A DNA stretch of 64,000 bases from Felis catus (Eukaryota). Location of the stretch: NCBI RefSeq assembly GCF_018350175.1, contig NC_058368.1, forward strand, positions 218,180,001 to 218,244,000, read 5' to 3'. A model generated the notes under the pieces. It saw only the letters and a program-made list of their open reading frames with translations. It searched no databases and was not told where the DNA came from. Shown here piece after piece: positions 13,376-26,344 of this stretch (position 1 is the first letter of the stretch; each line of letters opens with the position of its first letter). A program made the translations under genes and the position numbers.

Positions 13376-13598
13376 TTTCTTAAATTTTTATTATTTTTGA
13401 GAGAGAGAGAGAGAAAAAGAGAGAGTACATGTGTTGAGTGGGGGAGGGGCAGAGAGAAAGGGAGACAATCCCAACCAGGCTCCACAGTGCTGTCAGCACA
13501 GAGGCCGACATGGGGCTTGAAACCAGGAACTGTAAGATCAGGACCCGAGCTGAAACCAAGAGTCAGAAACTTAACCAACTGAGTCACCCTGGTGTGCC
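13376..13598 (-). mobile_element. CanSINE
   Basis: Reverse SINE; TSD tcaaagagaactt / tcagagagaactt. Confidence 0.95.
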
Positions 13599-14043
13599 TC
13601 AGAGAGAACTTCTGATCCTAATGGCTTCATAGTGAACTATCAAACATTTAAGAAAGGAATAATAAAAATTCTATAAAAACCTTCAATAAATCTGATGAGG
13701 CTTCCCAACTTATTCTATGAGCACAGCTCTAAACCAGACAGACATTATAAGAAATATCCCTCATGAACATATAGGCAAACATTCTAAACAAAAGTTAATG
13801 TAGTCAAATCCAACAAAATATAAAATGACAATAAACATACCATGACCAAGTGGAGTTTATGTCATAAATACAAGATTGGCTTAACATTTAAAACTCTATC
13901 AATATATTTTGCCATATTAAAATGTTTTTAAGAAGGAAAAAGATACACTCATCTGCATAGACGCAGGAAAAAACATTTGGCAAAATCAAGTATCTATTTC
14001 TGATAAATACTCTAAGCAAATTATGAATAGAAGGAAACTTACT

Positions 14044-14270
14044 GGGGGTGCCTAGGTGGCTCAGTCGATTAGCCTCCGACTTGGGCTCAGGGCATGATCT
14101 GGTGGTCTGCGAGTCAACCTCCATGTCTGTCTGGCTCTGTGCTGACAGCTCAGAGCCTGGAGCCTGCTTCAGATTCTGGGTCTCACTCTCTTTCTGCCCC
14201 TCCCCTGTTCGCTCTCTCTCTCTTTCTCTCTCTCTCTCAAAAAAAAAAAAAAATAAACATTAAAAAAAAA
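14044..14270 (+). mobile_element. CanSINE (SINEC_Fc-like) without a clear TSD
   Basis: Typical head, CT tract and poly(A); flanks do not match. Confidence 0.95.
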
Positions 14271-14331
14271 GGAAGGAGAAAAACTGTTCCTATTTACAGA
14301 GGAAAATGTATGTAGAAAAATCTGATAAAAT

Positions 14332-15859
14332 AGTTGTATTTCTATACACCAATAATGAAGCAACAGAAACAGATACCAAGGAATCGATCCCATTCATTAT
14401 TGCACCCAAAACAATAAAATACCTAGAAATAAACCTAACCAAAGAGGTAAATGATCTCTATGCTGAAAACTATAGAAAGCTAATGAAATAACTTGAAGAA
14501 GACACAAAGAAATGAAAAAAACATTCCATGCTCATAGATAAGAAGAAAATATTGTTAAAGTGTCAATGTTACCCAAAGACATCTATACACTGAATGAAAA
14601 CCCAATCCAAATAACACCAGCATTCTTCACAGAGCTAGAACAAACAATCCTAAAATTTACAGGAGTCACAAAAGACCCCAAATAACCAAAGTAATGTTGA
14701 AAAAGAAAACCAAAGCTGGAGGCATCACAATCCTGGACATCAGCCTATATTACAAAGCTGTAATCATCAAGACAATATGGTATTGGCACAAAACAGACAC
14801 ACAGACTAATGGAACAGAATAGAGAACCCAGAAATGGACCCACAAATATATGGCCAACTAACCTTCAACAAAGCAGGAAAAGAGTATCCAATGGAAAAAA
14901 GAGTGTCTCTTTAGCAAATGGTGCTGGGGGAACTGGACAGCAATATGCAGAAGAATGAACCACTTTCGTACACCATACACAAAAATATATTCAAAATGGA
15001 TGAAAGACCTAAATGTGAGACAGGAAACCATCAAAATCCTACAGGAGAAAACAGGCAGCAACCTCTTCGACCTCAACCACAGCAACTTCTTACTTGACGT
15101 GTCTCTGAAGGCAAGGGAAATAAAAGCAAAAATGAACTATTGGGACCTCATCAAGATAAAAAGCTTTTGCACAGCAAAGGAAACAATCAACAAAACTAAA
15201 AGACAACTGATGGAATGGGAGAAGATAGTTGCAAAGGACATATCAGATAAAGGGTTAGTATCAAAATTCTATAAAGAATTTATCAATCTCAACACCCAAA
15301 AAACAATCCAGGAAAGAAATGGGTAGAAGAAATGAACAGCCACTTTTCCAAAGAAGACATCCAGATGGTATATAGACACATAAAAAGATATTCAACATCA
15401 CTCATCATCAGGAAGATACATATCAAAACCACATTGAGATAACATCTCACACTGGTCAGAGTGGCTAAAATTAACAAGTCAGGAAACAATAGATGTTGGC
15501 GAGGACATGGAGAAAAGAGAACCCTCTTGTACTGCTTGTGGAAAGGCAAACAGGTGCAGTCACTCTGGAAAACAGGATGCAGGTTCCTCAAAAAATTAAA
15601 AGTAGAATTACCCTACAACCCAGCAATTGCACTACTAGGAATTTATCCAAAGGATATAGGAGTGCTGATTCAAAGGGGCACATGCACCCCAGTGTTTACA
15701 GCAACACTATCAACAATAGCCAATTATGGGCACTTGTTGGGATGAGCACTGGGTGTTGTATGTATGTGATGAATCCCGAGAATCTACTCTGGAAGCCAAG
15801 ACTACACTGTATGTTAGCTAATTTGAGAAAAACTTAAAAGCAAAAAAAAAAAAAAAAAG
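14332..15859 (+). mobile_element. Younger felid LINE-1, 5'-truncated, with internal 3'UTR deletion
   Basis: ORF2 C-terminal peptides ([36 protein letters not shown]), poly(A), perfect 17-bp TSD gaaaaatctgataaaat at 14315-14331 and 15860-15876. Confidence 0.95.
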
Positions 15860-16480
15860 GAAAAATCTGATAAAATTAACAAAAATTTATTAGAATAAAT
15901 GAATTTAGTGTGGTTGCAGAAAACAAAATCAATATATAGAGATCAATTATATTTCTATATATTACAAACATTTAAATAACACTAAAATACTTTAAACATT
16001 TTTAGAGATATATCTGACAAAAATGTTGATAATTTTTCTGACAGTCTTTCATTGAAAACTATATAATACTGCCCTGAGAACTTAAAGAAGACCTAAATAA
16101 ATGGAGATGTATACTATGTTAATGGGTCAGAACACTCAAGTGTTAAGGTGTTAATTCTCTCACAATAGATCTACATAAATTCAATAAAATCATTCAAAAT
16201 CCCAGCAGGTTTCTTTGTAGAAATTAACAAGCTGACTCTAAATTTCATATGAAAATACAAAAGATATCAAACTACAAATAACTTTAAAAAGATGAACTAA
16301 CACTACTTGATCTTAAGACATCATAAAACAAATATTTAAGACTGGTATTGGAGTAAACATACCAAAGTGATCAACAAACAAAATGCAGGTTTCAGAAATA
16401 GACAATGGATAAATAATTGATGTTTGACAAACGCATAAAGCTAACTCAGTGGAAAAATGTATAGAAAATATTTTCACCAT

Positions 16481-16710
16481 GGGGCGCCTGGGTGGCTCAG
16501 TTGGTTGGGTGGCCAACTACAGCTCAGGTCATGATCTCACAGTCTGTGAGTTCAGGCCCCGCGTCAGGCTCTGTGCTGACAGCTCAAAGCCTGGAGCCTG
16601 CTTGTGGTTCTGTGTCTCCCTGTCTCTCTGCCCCTTCCCTGCTTGCTTTCTGTCTCTCTCTCTCTCAAAAATAATAAACATTAAAAAAAATTTTTTTAAA
16701 GAAAAAAAAA
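16481..16710 (+). mobile_element. CanSINE (SINEC_Fc-like)
   Basis: 17-bp TSD agaaaatattttcacca at 16463-16479 and 16711-16727. Confidence 0.96.
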
Positions 16711-19700
16711 AGAAAATATTTTCACCAAACAGAGCTGCAACTTTCAAGATATTCATATGTAAAAAAATTAACTGTGCTCCACACTTAGCCTAACACTATA
16801 CACAAAATTTAATTCAAATGTATCACAGACCTAAATGTAAAATCTAAAACTATAAAACGTTGTAGAAGACACCCTTGGAGAAAACTCTTATAATTTTGGT
16901 CAAACAATGACTTCTTAGACAAGACACCAAAAAAATGGCCACCAAAAGACCAATTCGATTATTGGGCCTCATCAAAATTAAAAACAAAATGAAAAAACAA
17001 ACCCATAGACTGAGGAAAATCTTTGCAAGTCATATATGATAAAAGGCTTGTATCCACACTATATGAAGAATTCTCAAAACTCAATGAGAAAACAACTAAC
17101 CAAATAAAAATAGACAAAACATATATTTTAGACATGACTATCAAAGAAAATATATAGATGGCAAGGGAGCTCACAAAATGATGCTACATCTTGTTTGTCA
17201 TTAATGACATAAAATGAAAAACAAATCAAAATCCCCTCCAAAGTCACTAGAATGGTTAAAATTAAAAACACAATTCTGATGTTGATGAGGATATGTAAGA
17301 ATTGAAACTGTCACATAACTCTGGTGGGAACAGAAATGAGAATGGTACAATCACTTTGGAAAACATTTTGTCATGTTCTTAAGAAGCTAAGCTAAGCATA
17401 TTATATAATACAGCCATTCCACTCCTAGGTATTTAGTCAAAAGAATTGAAAGGGCATGTGCATAAAAGACTTAGAAACAAATATTCATAGCAACTTTCCT
17501 TGTAACACCACACAACTGGAAATAGCCAAATGTTCATCCATAGGTCAGTAAATAAAACTGTGGTATACTGTGGAATACTGCTCAACAATACAAACGAATG
17601 AAATATGTACCTGGAAACATGGAGGAATCTCAAAATAACTTTGCTCAGTTAAGGAGGCCAAACAGAAGGAGCACGCTCTATATAATTCCACTGATAGAAA
17701 ATTATAGGAAATGCAAACGAATGTATAATAGCAGAAAACAGAGAGTGATTAGCTAGGGAGGGGAGCCGTTTGGGACGGGCAGAGGTGAAAGAGAGGGAGC
17801 GCAAAGGGGTCTGAGGAAACTTTAGGGAGCTAATGAATATGTTTATCATTTTGATTTTGGTGATGGTTTCCTAGGTGTATACTTATGTCAAAACATTTCA
17901 CCTCAATATGTGAAGAAATACTATGTGTTATAATTCTCGGTTAAGACACACTTTCATTAAGAGGGATGAAGGTTATGACATATTTAACCACAAATTCCTT
18001 TTAGATATAAAATGCTAAAACTCATTTATAATGAGTTTTCAAAAAAAAAATCTATATGGAAGATGCAAAGGCTTAAATAAACATTTCAGTATACATAGTT
18101 AACAAACTACAGAATACACTGACTGCAAAACAGCGTCAGAACACCAGGCCAAACACAAACTCTAAATCTAACAAGGTACATACTGTATATTGTCCTCTAT
18201 AAACAGAAAATCCCACATTAATTTGGACTATCTCTCAAATTTAAGGAAACTTTATATTTTAAGATACTGGGAATTCTGTGTCCTATTAAGAATCATATGA
18301 CATATAGTTCAAAAGTCCAGGGCATCAATCCAAAATATTCACTAAAACATTGAAATTGATTTAATTAAAGCATTAAGTGTAATCAAAATGGTCTGACAGT
18401 AGATTGTGTTTTATTTTATCTTACTTGCAAGTGCTTAAGGAAATTTAATTGTGGGAACTGGTACAGGAAAGCATTACTGAAAATCTGAGACAAATCATAG
18501 GTGTTAAGAAGATAATGCTACAGATCTACTTATCTAATTTCACTGGAAATATATGCCTTTCTTTTTCCTTGATAAATGCATATTGAGTTAAAGACATCTG
18601 TGTGTCATAAAACTAAAATATTGTAACACTGACCTTACCTTTTTTTTTTTCAGGATTAATAAGGCAGCTTAGTAACGGACACACATTCTACCTGATGTTC
18701 AAGTATTACAACTCTTCAAATACATGCACATGTAATCAAGTTAGGTATTAGTAACTGGAAATTGCTGGTTATAAATATTCATTATTTTTAGAGGGAAGAA
18801 AGGCATTTTCAGATGTGGCCCCAAAAGCAAGTCCGTGGAGTTTCCAACACATTTTGCCAAGCGGTTAGAAGAGAGGTATACAAAGGTGAATCACCAGAAC
18901 TCGCTTATTTAATAGTCTGTTTTTAAAACTGGGGGATTTTGAAATGATTTTAAAATGAGAGGCAACAGCACAGAGCTGAAAAACAAAGGTACGTTACGGC
19001 AACATGTAATAGAATATTATGAATAAAGGGCACTGTTCACATTTACTGTGCTAAAAAAATACTCTGGTAAACTCCAAAACTATTAACATCCCAAATAAGT
19101 GAAAGTTTACTTTCTGTTTTTAGTTTCACAGACTCTGAACAAATTATTGAGACTAGCACTCTCTTTATAAATGTTTATGTATCTATAAAGGATATTTGGT
19201 AAAACTTTCAAGCTCAATGTAGCCGTATCTCCAGGCACATTCTGAAACCATCCAGTTAGGAGTCCAAGAAATAGTATTAGTTTTGCTTTGGGAAAATAAA
19301 AACAAAGGCAAATTCCAATTTTTATTCAGGATAATCCTAGTGACAATTTGTTCACTTCTATTTCAAAGATTCCATGGGATTAAACAAGTTGGCTGCTCTA
19401 GTTACATATTCCAAACATTTCTTTTAAACGTTATTTTAGGAAGTACATTTACAGATAGTAAGCACCACAGTAAATTAAAGGAAATAAAACCAATAGTTTA
19501 AAATACCTGAAGCTATTTTGTTTGGTTTTGTTTTACTGTTTGTTTCTTCTTTATTATTTCAGATTGTACTTTCAGTCTATTGTAAATGTAGCATTTTGGC
19601 AGCATAGTGATTTTACCTTCTTTTAAGGAATGATTACTTTTCAAACAAAAAAAGAAAAAAAAATTACCTTATAGAAGTTTTACTCTCACAACTACCTAAG

Positions 19701-19822
19701 ACTACCTAAGTCACATTTAACTTACTCCATCTTGCCTCTGGATGACTACAGCAGGTCATACTTTAGAGAAAGGAGGGGTGCTGGTTGAAACAGATGGCTT
19801 TGTGTCATCTCTGATTCATGAG

Positions 19823-19863
19823 GAACCATGGCAACAGGCAAAGAGGGGGTGTTGCTTAGCAAC
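19823..19863. promoter_or_regulatory. Paired RFX X-box motifs
   Basis: GTTGCTTAGCAAC at 19851-19863 (near-palindromic X-box) and GAACCATGGCAAC at 19823-19835, about 100 bp upstream (minus strand) of AAGATGGA|gtaagt at 19726. Confidence 0.55.
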
Positions 19864-20977
19864 TGGAAACAATGAAGAGATTTCCAAACTGTACTTCCAA
19901 AAAGTGCTTTGGAAGAACTTCTGTACTTGGCATAAATGTGCACCAAAATTCATTTATGAAACATGCTGAGTACATAATCACAAAGCTGGAAAGCACAATG
20001 CTTTATAAGAGAAAAAATTTCAAATAAGTGACTTATCAGATATTTTGTCTAAAACATATTTCCATATTAATAGCATTTGACAAAATACAGCAAAACTACT
20101 AAAACACAAATATTTTATCTTGAGATGTAATAAGAAAAGCTAAGTTAATAGCAAATCTATTACTATCATGTAATATAATACAATTCGAGATTTAACATAG
20201 GATCAGAAATTTATTTAGTTGAGCTGCTGTGTGATGCCACATTTGCAAATGTGCATGATCCAGCCACCCAAAACATTTCGGGGTGTTCTTTCTCAAGTTA
20301 GATTAGGCACTGCTGTTACAAACTGTCAGGGACTGTGTCTTGAAAACGATTTTATTAGCATTTCCCCATGTCTTAAAAGTTAATACTGAAAAAATGGTTC
20401 ATCCAATATTTGTTTATAGTAGTTGTGAAAATAAAGCCAAACTGGGTCTCTAAGATAGATATGTAACTATTTTATTATCGTTTGCTTTATGTATTCCTGT
20501 ATTTAAATAATAATTTTAATGGATAAGCATTAATGGTTTGACATCAAAATGTGTGTATACACACACAACTTACGTTTTGTCAAGTGTCTGTCATTCTATC
20601 AACATTCGTTTTACAATAATTATTTTGTCACCTGCTTCCTCTCTTAAAATTCTTTCCATGACTTATAGGCACTTAAAACGCACCAACATTTTGCGAGGCG
20701 CTATGGTAAATGTTAAACGTATCACAGAGGAAAAATACCCTTCTGTGTTCTTCCTCCACTACCACGCTCACCACTTCCGTGCTCTGTTCACCAAAAGTGC
20801 GGAGATTTTTCTCAAACCAAGCAGTTCTGCAACCCCAGCTGGGTGTCCTACAGCCGTTTAACTCAATTCTGATACAATAGTTCTCTCGCATCCGTGGAAA
20901 AATGTTCCCAAGACCCAATTTAAAATGACATGAAGACTAAGAAAGGTTAACCACAGGGACATCAGCTCAAAACTCAC

Positions 20978-21310
20978 CTCTGTGCGGTCTTCTGCAAGTT
21001 ATGAAATCTCTCTGCTCCTCAGTTTCAGTTTAAAATACGCCTACGAGTACTAACTCGTAATAAAACAAGACCATTAGCCTGACATAGCTCTAATACCCGG
21101 CGGCTGAGGTAAACAAACCAAATCGAAACCGCAAAAGCTTCAAAGTTATCAGAGCGAAACCTAAGGACAACCAATCACAAGCCGCTATCTAGGCTATAGC
21201 CAATCAATGAGGCCCTTGCTTTGCTTCCGCCTTTTCTCCCCCTGCCTGGCTCCACTTGCTGGATCATTCCTCGCTTCTCATGGTTTGACGCGTACTTTAT
21301 TCAAATTCGT
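20978..21310 (-). promoter_or_regulatory. Promoter-like CpG-retaining region with candidate first exon
   Basis: CCAAT at 21171 and 21200; TTTGAA (CHR-like) on minus at 21139-21144; GGCGGAAG on minus near 21224-21231; many CpGs in otherwise CpG-poor DNA; consensus donor CAGAG|gtgagt on minus at 20978. Confidence 0.65.
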
Positions 21311-21865
21311 AAATGCACAACTAAAAGAATTTTTAACATGCCCCACTTTGTCTCTTAGCACTACATAAAGCTATTAGAGGTTAGTACACAAAAAGCGCAA
21401 ATAAATGGACGATGAGAATGGAATGAATTCATACAAAGTTCTCCATGTTGGCATATGCGTTGTTGTGTTTCTTTCTGTTGCTTTTTTACGTTGGTATTTG
21501 TATTCTTATTGTGTACACTTTCTATATAAGGGGCTCTTCTGGGATTTAGAAGCAGTTGTGATTAGCACTATAACTATCAGTTTAATTCAATGCATACTAG
21601 TTTAACAATAGAATAGGAAATGTTTAGCATTAAAACCATTTTAACACTTAGTTTAAGATTTTTCTTCTTGTGTATAATACATGATTCATTTAAAGTAAAG
21701 GTCTATATTTTTCTTCTTAGCTCATTTTCTTTATTGTTATGCTCCATTATGCTATGCATTTCAACCGTATTTTCCCTTCTCTGTATCCCCCATAATATCC
21801 CCACAATAACTCCTTAAGTTATCCTATTTGTACACCTAAGAAGTGGCAGAAGCTGGATTCATACC

Positions 21866-22531
21866 TGTATCAGTTTTCTATTATCACAAACTCAAAGGAT
21901 TAAAGCAATACCCATTTATTGGTCTTATAACTAGGTCAGGATTGGATCAGCTGGACTGAGTTCTCTTATGTTCTCACAGTCTGAAATCAGTGAATTGGCA
22001 GTTCCAGGCGCTTGCTTAGAGTCTCAGGAGAAGAATCTGCTTCCACACTCACCTAGATTGTCAACAGAATCCAGTTGTTTGTGGCTATAAATCTGGGGTA
22101 CCGTTTTGTTTTGTTTTGTTTTGTTTTGTTTTGTTTTGTTTTGTTTTGTTTTGTCAGCTCTCTGCCGGGAGGCCATTCTCCACTCCTAGAGGCTGGCCTG
22201 TGTTCCTTCTCCCAAGGCCCTCTGCACCTGCAAAGGCAGCAGGGAAGCGCCCTTCTCATACCTACAATCTCTCTCCTTTTCATTCTGTAACTAAACAAAA
22301 GAAACTCTGTTTTTAAAGAGCTTTGTCATTTGATTAGGCTGACCAAAATAATCTATTTTAAGGTTAACTGATTAACAATGTTTATTACATCTGCAAAATT
22401 ACTTGTGCCAGGTAATGTAACATAATCATGGAGTAACATCTAGTCATATTCATAAATTCTGTCCACAGATAAAGGAGCAATGATACAAGGAAAGGGCCAT
22501 TGAGGGTTATTTTTAGAATTCTTCTATCCCA
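21866..22531 (-). mobile_element. MaLR (MLT1-type) solo LTR containing (TTTTG)n
   Basis: tgtatcagttttctatt...cccatttatt start, ggagaagaatctgcttcc core, ttagaattcttctatccca end; microsatellite at 22104-22153. Confidence 0.8.
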
Positions 22532-23650
22532 GCACCCAAGTCCATGACATCAGAGACCATTTCTTAAAAACTTGTAATAATGTGGAACCATATTCAAGGT
22601 GGTCCTAATAGCTGTTAGAATCCATAGGTGTTAGAGGAGTCTATTACATTGAATATACAACTAGATTAAAATAGAATTACCCCTAACTTCACAGGTTTAT
22701 TTTGCTACAAATATCACTTTTTTTTTTAATGCTTTGAGAATGCTGTCAAGATGTCAAAATAAGTTGGGTTTTTTGGCTCCAGGTTTAAGATACAAATACG
22801 TCATTGGACAATTAATGGAATAAAAAATATAGTCTAGATGGCCAGAAACTGTCATTAGTCTCACAGAGCTCTTTTTCTGAGTTGTAAAAAATTTATTCTA
22901 TCATAACAATATATAATTATGTACTGTGTTGGACATAAACAATGAACCCACTTTATTCTCTTAATTTCATATGCTAAATAAGATGTTTTTATTATTAAAG
23001 GAAAATTAATTTTTCATCATTTCTCTTCTTTCAAGTAATTATATCTTTTATTATGGTGCCTTTCAAATACTAATCAGAATTGACATCTGATAAAACATTA
23101 CTGAAACTTACACCCTAAAATTAGTAACACTGATTATAATTGTGTGGACCGTTTATTATTACTTTTAGTATGTAAGTGTAGGTGAGAAGTATCAGTCTCT
23201 ATTATGTGCCACCAGTACATAATACAGTGCCTAGAGTACATCAGTTGTCCAACAACAACAACAAAGTTGCAAGTAAAAAACAATAAATAAGTGAAATTAG
23301 GTTTATTTTTTAAATTAATTAAAATGATTAAAATGATCAAAATGTTGAATGCAGGTGTATATAATTTTTAGAATAAACTATAGACTGGTTTAAACGTTAT
23401 CTTCAGAACAATTTTTCCCAGCTAAATCTGAAACATAATTAACAGCACTATTGCTTATTTTATCATCTTATTTTAACATTTTGCTGTGTATTTGCCATAT
23501 TGTTATTGTACATAAAATCTAATTCAAGCTCTATTGTCTATTAAATATTGTTAAAATTATGCTGATGTATCTGTGAAATAATCAGAGATACATATTGGCT
23601 ATGTGTATTAAGGATCAATATATAGACTTTGTATTTTTCTTGTTTTAATT

Positions 23651-23860
23651 GTTTTTAATTTTTTTTAAATGTTCACTTATTTTTGAGAGAGAGAGAGAGA
23701 GAGAGAGAGCGTGAGTGGGGAAGCAGCAGAGAAAGAGGGAGACACAAAATCCGAAGCAGTCTCTAGCCTCTGAGCCCGATACAGGGCTCAAACCCACAAA
23801 CCGTATCATGACCTGATATAAGCTGAAGTTGGATGCTTAACTGAGCCACCCAAGGACCCC
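23651..23860 (-). mobile_element. CanSINE
   Basis: Reverse SINE; TSD tcttgttttaatt. Confidence 0.93.
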
Positions 23861-25259
23861 ATCTTGTTTTAATTTTAACCCTATATTTTTATTATTGTTT
23901 TAAAAACATTTGCCCACTGGAATTACATGTAATGAACTAGATGCACCTAAAAACAACTAAATCAAAAACTCTGTAGTTGAGGACCAGGTTTTCAGTGTTT
24001 TTGTCTTCTCTCATGACTCTAATACCTGGCGTTGACAACCAATGACCAGTACTCTCAACTGTGATATTTAAGTATCCTTTAGACACAGCAGAAAAAAATG
24101 TCACAAAGAAGTTAAAAAGACTAACGCTACTTCTAAATAAATGCCAAAACAAACTAACAAACAACGTTTCCTCCTTTCCATCCTTTATTCACTCCACAAG
24201 TAGGAACTCTACCTATGGTATGACAGTTACTATGGTAGTTACTGAGAATAAAAAGAAACAAGATTCAAAATATGTTCTCAAGAATTTCACAGTTTGCTAA
24301 TAATACTTATTAATCATATATCAATCACTTAATATATATGAAAGTTCATATATTTTCTTATTTAAATCATTTAAATCCATTTTCACAATCGGTACGTACA
24401 CATTTCTGTTGTAAAGGTAAGAAAACTGAAACTCTGTTCCTTAAGGTAACACTAAATATATGTGTTCATGCTAGAATTTAATTTAGCCCTATTTGATTCC
24501 TGGGAAGGAAGCACATACAATCCAGAACTGGTGCAGGGGAAATTCCTCCCACCCCCCAAAGATAGAAAGCCAATTCATAATTAAGTTCATGCAAGGAAGT
24601 TCTAATTCTAGATATAAACATACAGAATATGTAACACCTGCAAAAAGTGATAAACAGAATTATACTTACAAAGAAAATTATAAAACTCATATATTTAAAA
24701 TTCATAAATTCAAAATGGAACCAAGTGCTGTAAAGATAGGAGACTGTGTAAAATGAAAATTTGTTATAAAACAGGAAAAGTCGGAAATCTTGGAAATTGA
24801 ATAATAAATATTAAAATGACCAAAGCAGCAACAAATCATTAGGATCAATTGTAAAGACAACACAGTTAATAAAATCATGTTAAACTAGATCATGGTATAG
24901 TCCAAAGGAAACAAGTAAGGAAAATATGAAAAGAGTTTAGAGCAATAGTGTCAACCCAAAAGCTTCAAAATACTTTTAATTAGAGTTTTAAAAGTACAAA
25001 TAGTGAGTATGGATGACAAGCAACCTGTAAAGAAATAAAGGTCTCAAGTTTTACATAATAAATGTGATGAGTCTTCAGAATTCGATACTAGTTAAAACAA
25101 CATCTACAACAACACTAATACAATAATACGTGCAAACAAATTCCAGCAAAAACAAGCATGTAGGCATTGTAATGAAACTTCAGTATATTAAGGATAAACG
25201 GACAACCCTAAGAGTTGAGAGAGAAAGAGTGCATCACATACAACAGTTGGGAATCAGTT

Positions 25260-26297
25260 TTGTTTGTTGTTAGCAAAAGTTGAATCTTACTATGCTGGGC
25301 ACCATTTTAAATGAATGGGACATATAAACTATCAGAATAAATATGGCAGATCCCTGCCAATCTTTTAATCTAGGGGAAGGAGAAAGAGTACAATCTATAG
25401 AGATAATAAGTACATTATATACATTATACTGTCATGGAAAGTGCTTCTGGATCATGGACTGGGTAAACTGGACAAGATTGTAAGGGTCAGGCGCAAGGCA
25501 GAAGTTAGGGTGCTCTGCTTTGAGTAAGTGACATTGAACAAAATCATGAAGGCAGTCAGAAAGATATCTATGCAGATGCCTAGGTGAAGGTTATTCCAAG
25601 TGGAAGAAGTAGGTGGTATAAAGGCTCACAATAGGAGTTTACCAAGCATAGTCAAAGAGTAAGAGGCCAGTAGGCTTGGAGCAAGTATGAGGGGGAAATG
25701 ATAGGAGATAAGATAAGAAAAGGATCTTGTTTTAGGATCAGGATGGCCTTTTTAGATGACTATAAGTGTTTGTGCTTTTACTCTGAATAAAATAAGGAGT
25801 TTGAGGAGGATTCTAGATGCAGGCATGAATGCCATTAGACTTAGATTTTTAAAAGGACCACTCTCAATATTTCATTGAGAACAGATTTTGGGAATTTGGC
25901 AAAGATGGAAGTAGAAGACAACTGTAATTGTATACCTGAGGGATTAAAATGACAAACACTGACAAGGTAGCAGGGGACATAGTAGGAAGTGGCTAAATTC
26001 TGGGTTTTAAGAAATGAATTAAATAGGTAAGAAAAGATTCAAGGAGAGTTCCAACTTGAAAAACAGAATTGCCATCAAATGGAATAGGAAAGTCTATGAC
26101 TGTAAAAGATTTGGCACACAAGATCAGAGCTCTATCTTGGACATGTTAAATTAGAAAAGCAATTATTTGGGTGCCTGGATGGCTCAGTTGTTAAGAATCT
26201 AACTTCAGCTCAGGTCATGATCTCACAGTTCTTGAGCTCGTGTCCTGGGTAAGCACAAGCCTAGCTTTGGGTAAAACATGAGCCCCTAATGAGCCCC

Positions 26298-26344
<47 letters not shown>

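Larger units (their letters stand above)
13320..17945 (+). mobile_element. Old LINE-1 (L1MC/MD-like) ORF2 and 3'UTR hosting nested insertions
   Basis: Degenerate ORF2 sequence collinear across the insertions; 3'UTR ttttgattttggtgatggtttcctaggtgtatacttatgtcaaaac near 17850-17895. Confidence 0.8.

Noticed and set aside
14306..15837. ORFs with reverse-transcriptase-like peptides (also 48262-49227)
   Set aside because: These are fragments of 5'-truncated L1 ORF2 with stops and frameshifts, not an active element or a host gene.
20238..20253. 16-bp palindrome cacatttgcaaatgtg
   Set aside because: An isolated palindrome of this size is plausible by chance in 64 kb of AT-rich DNA, and nothing else supports it.
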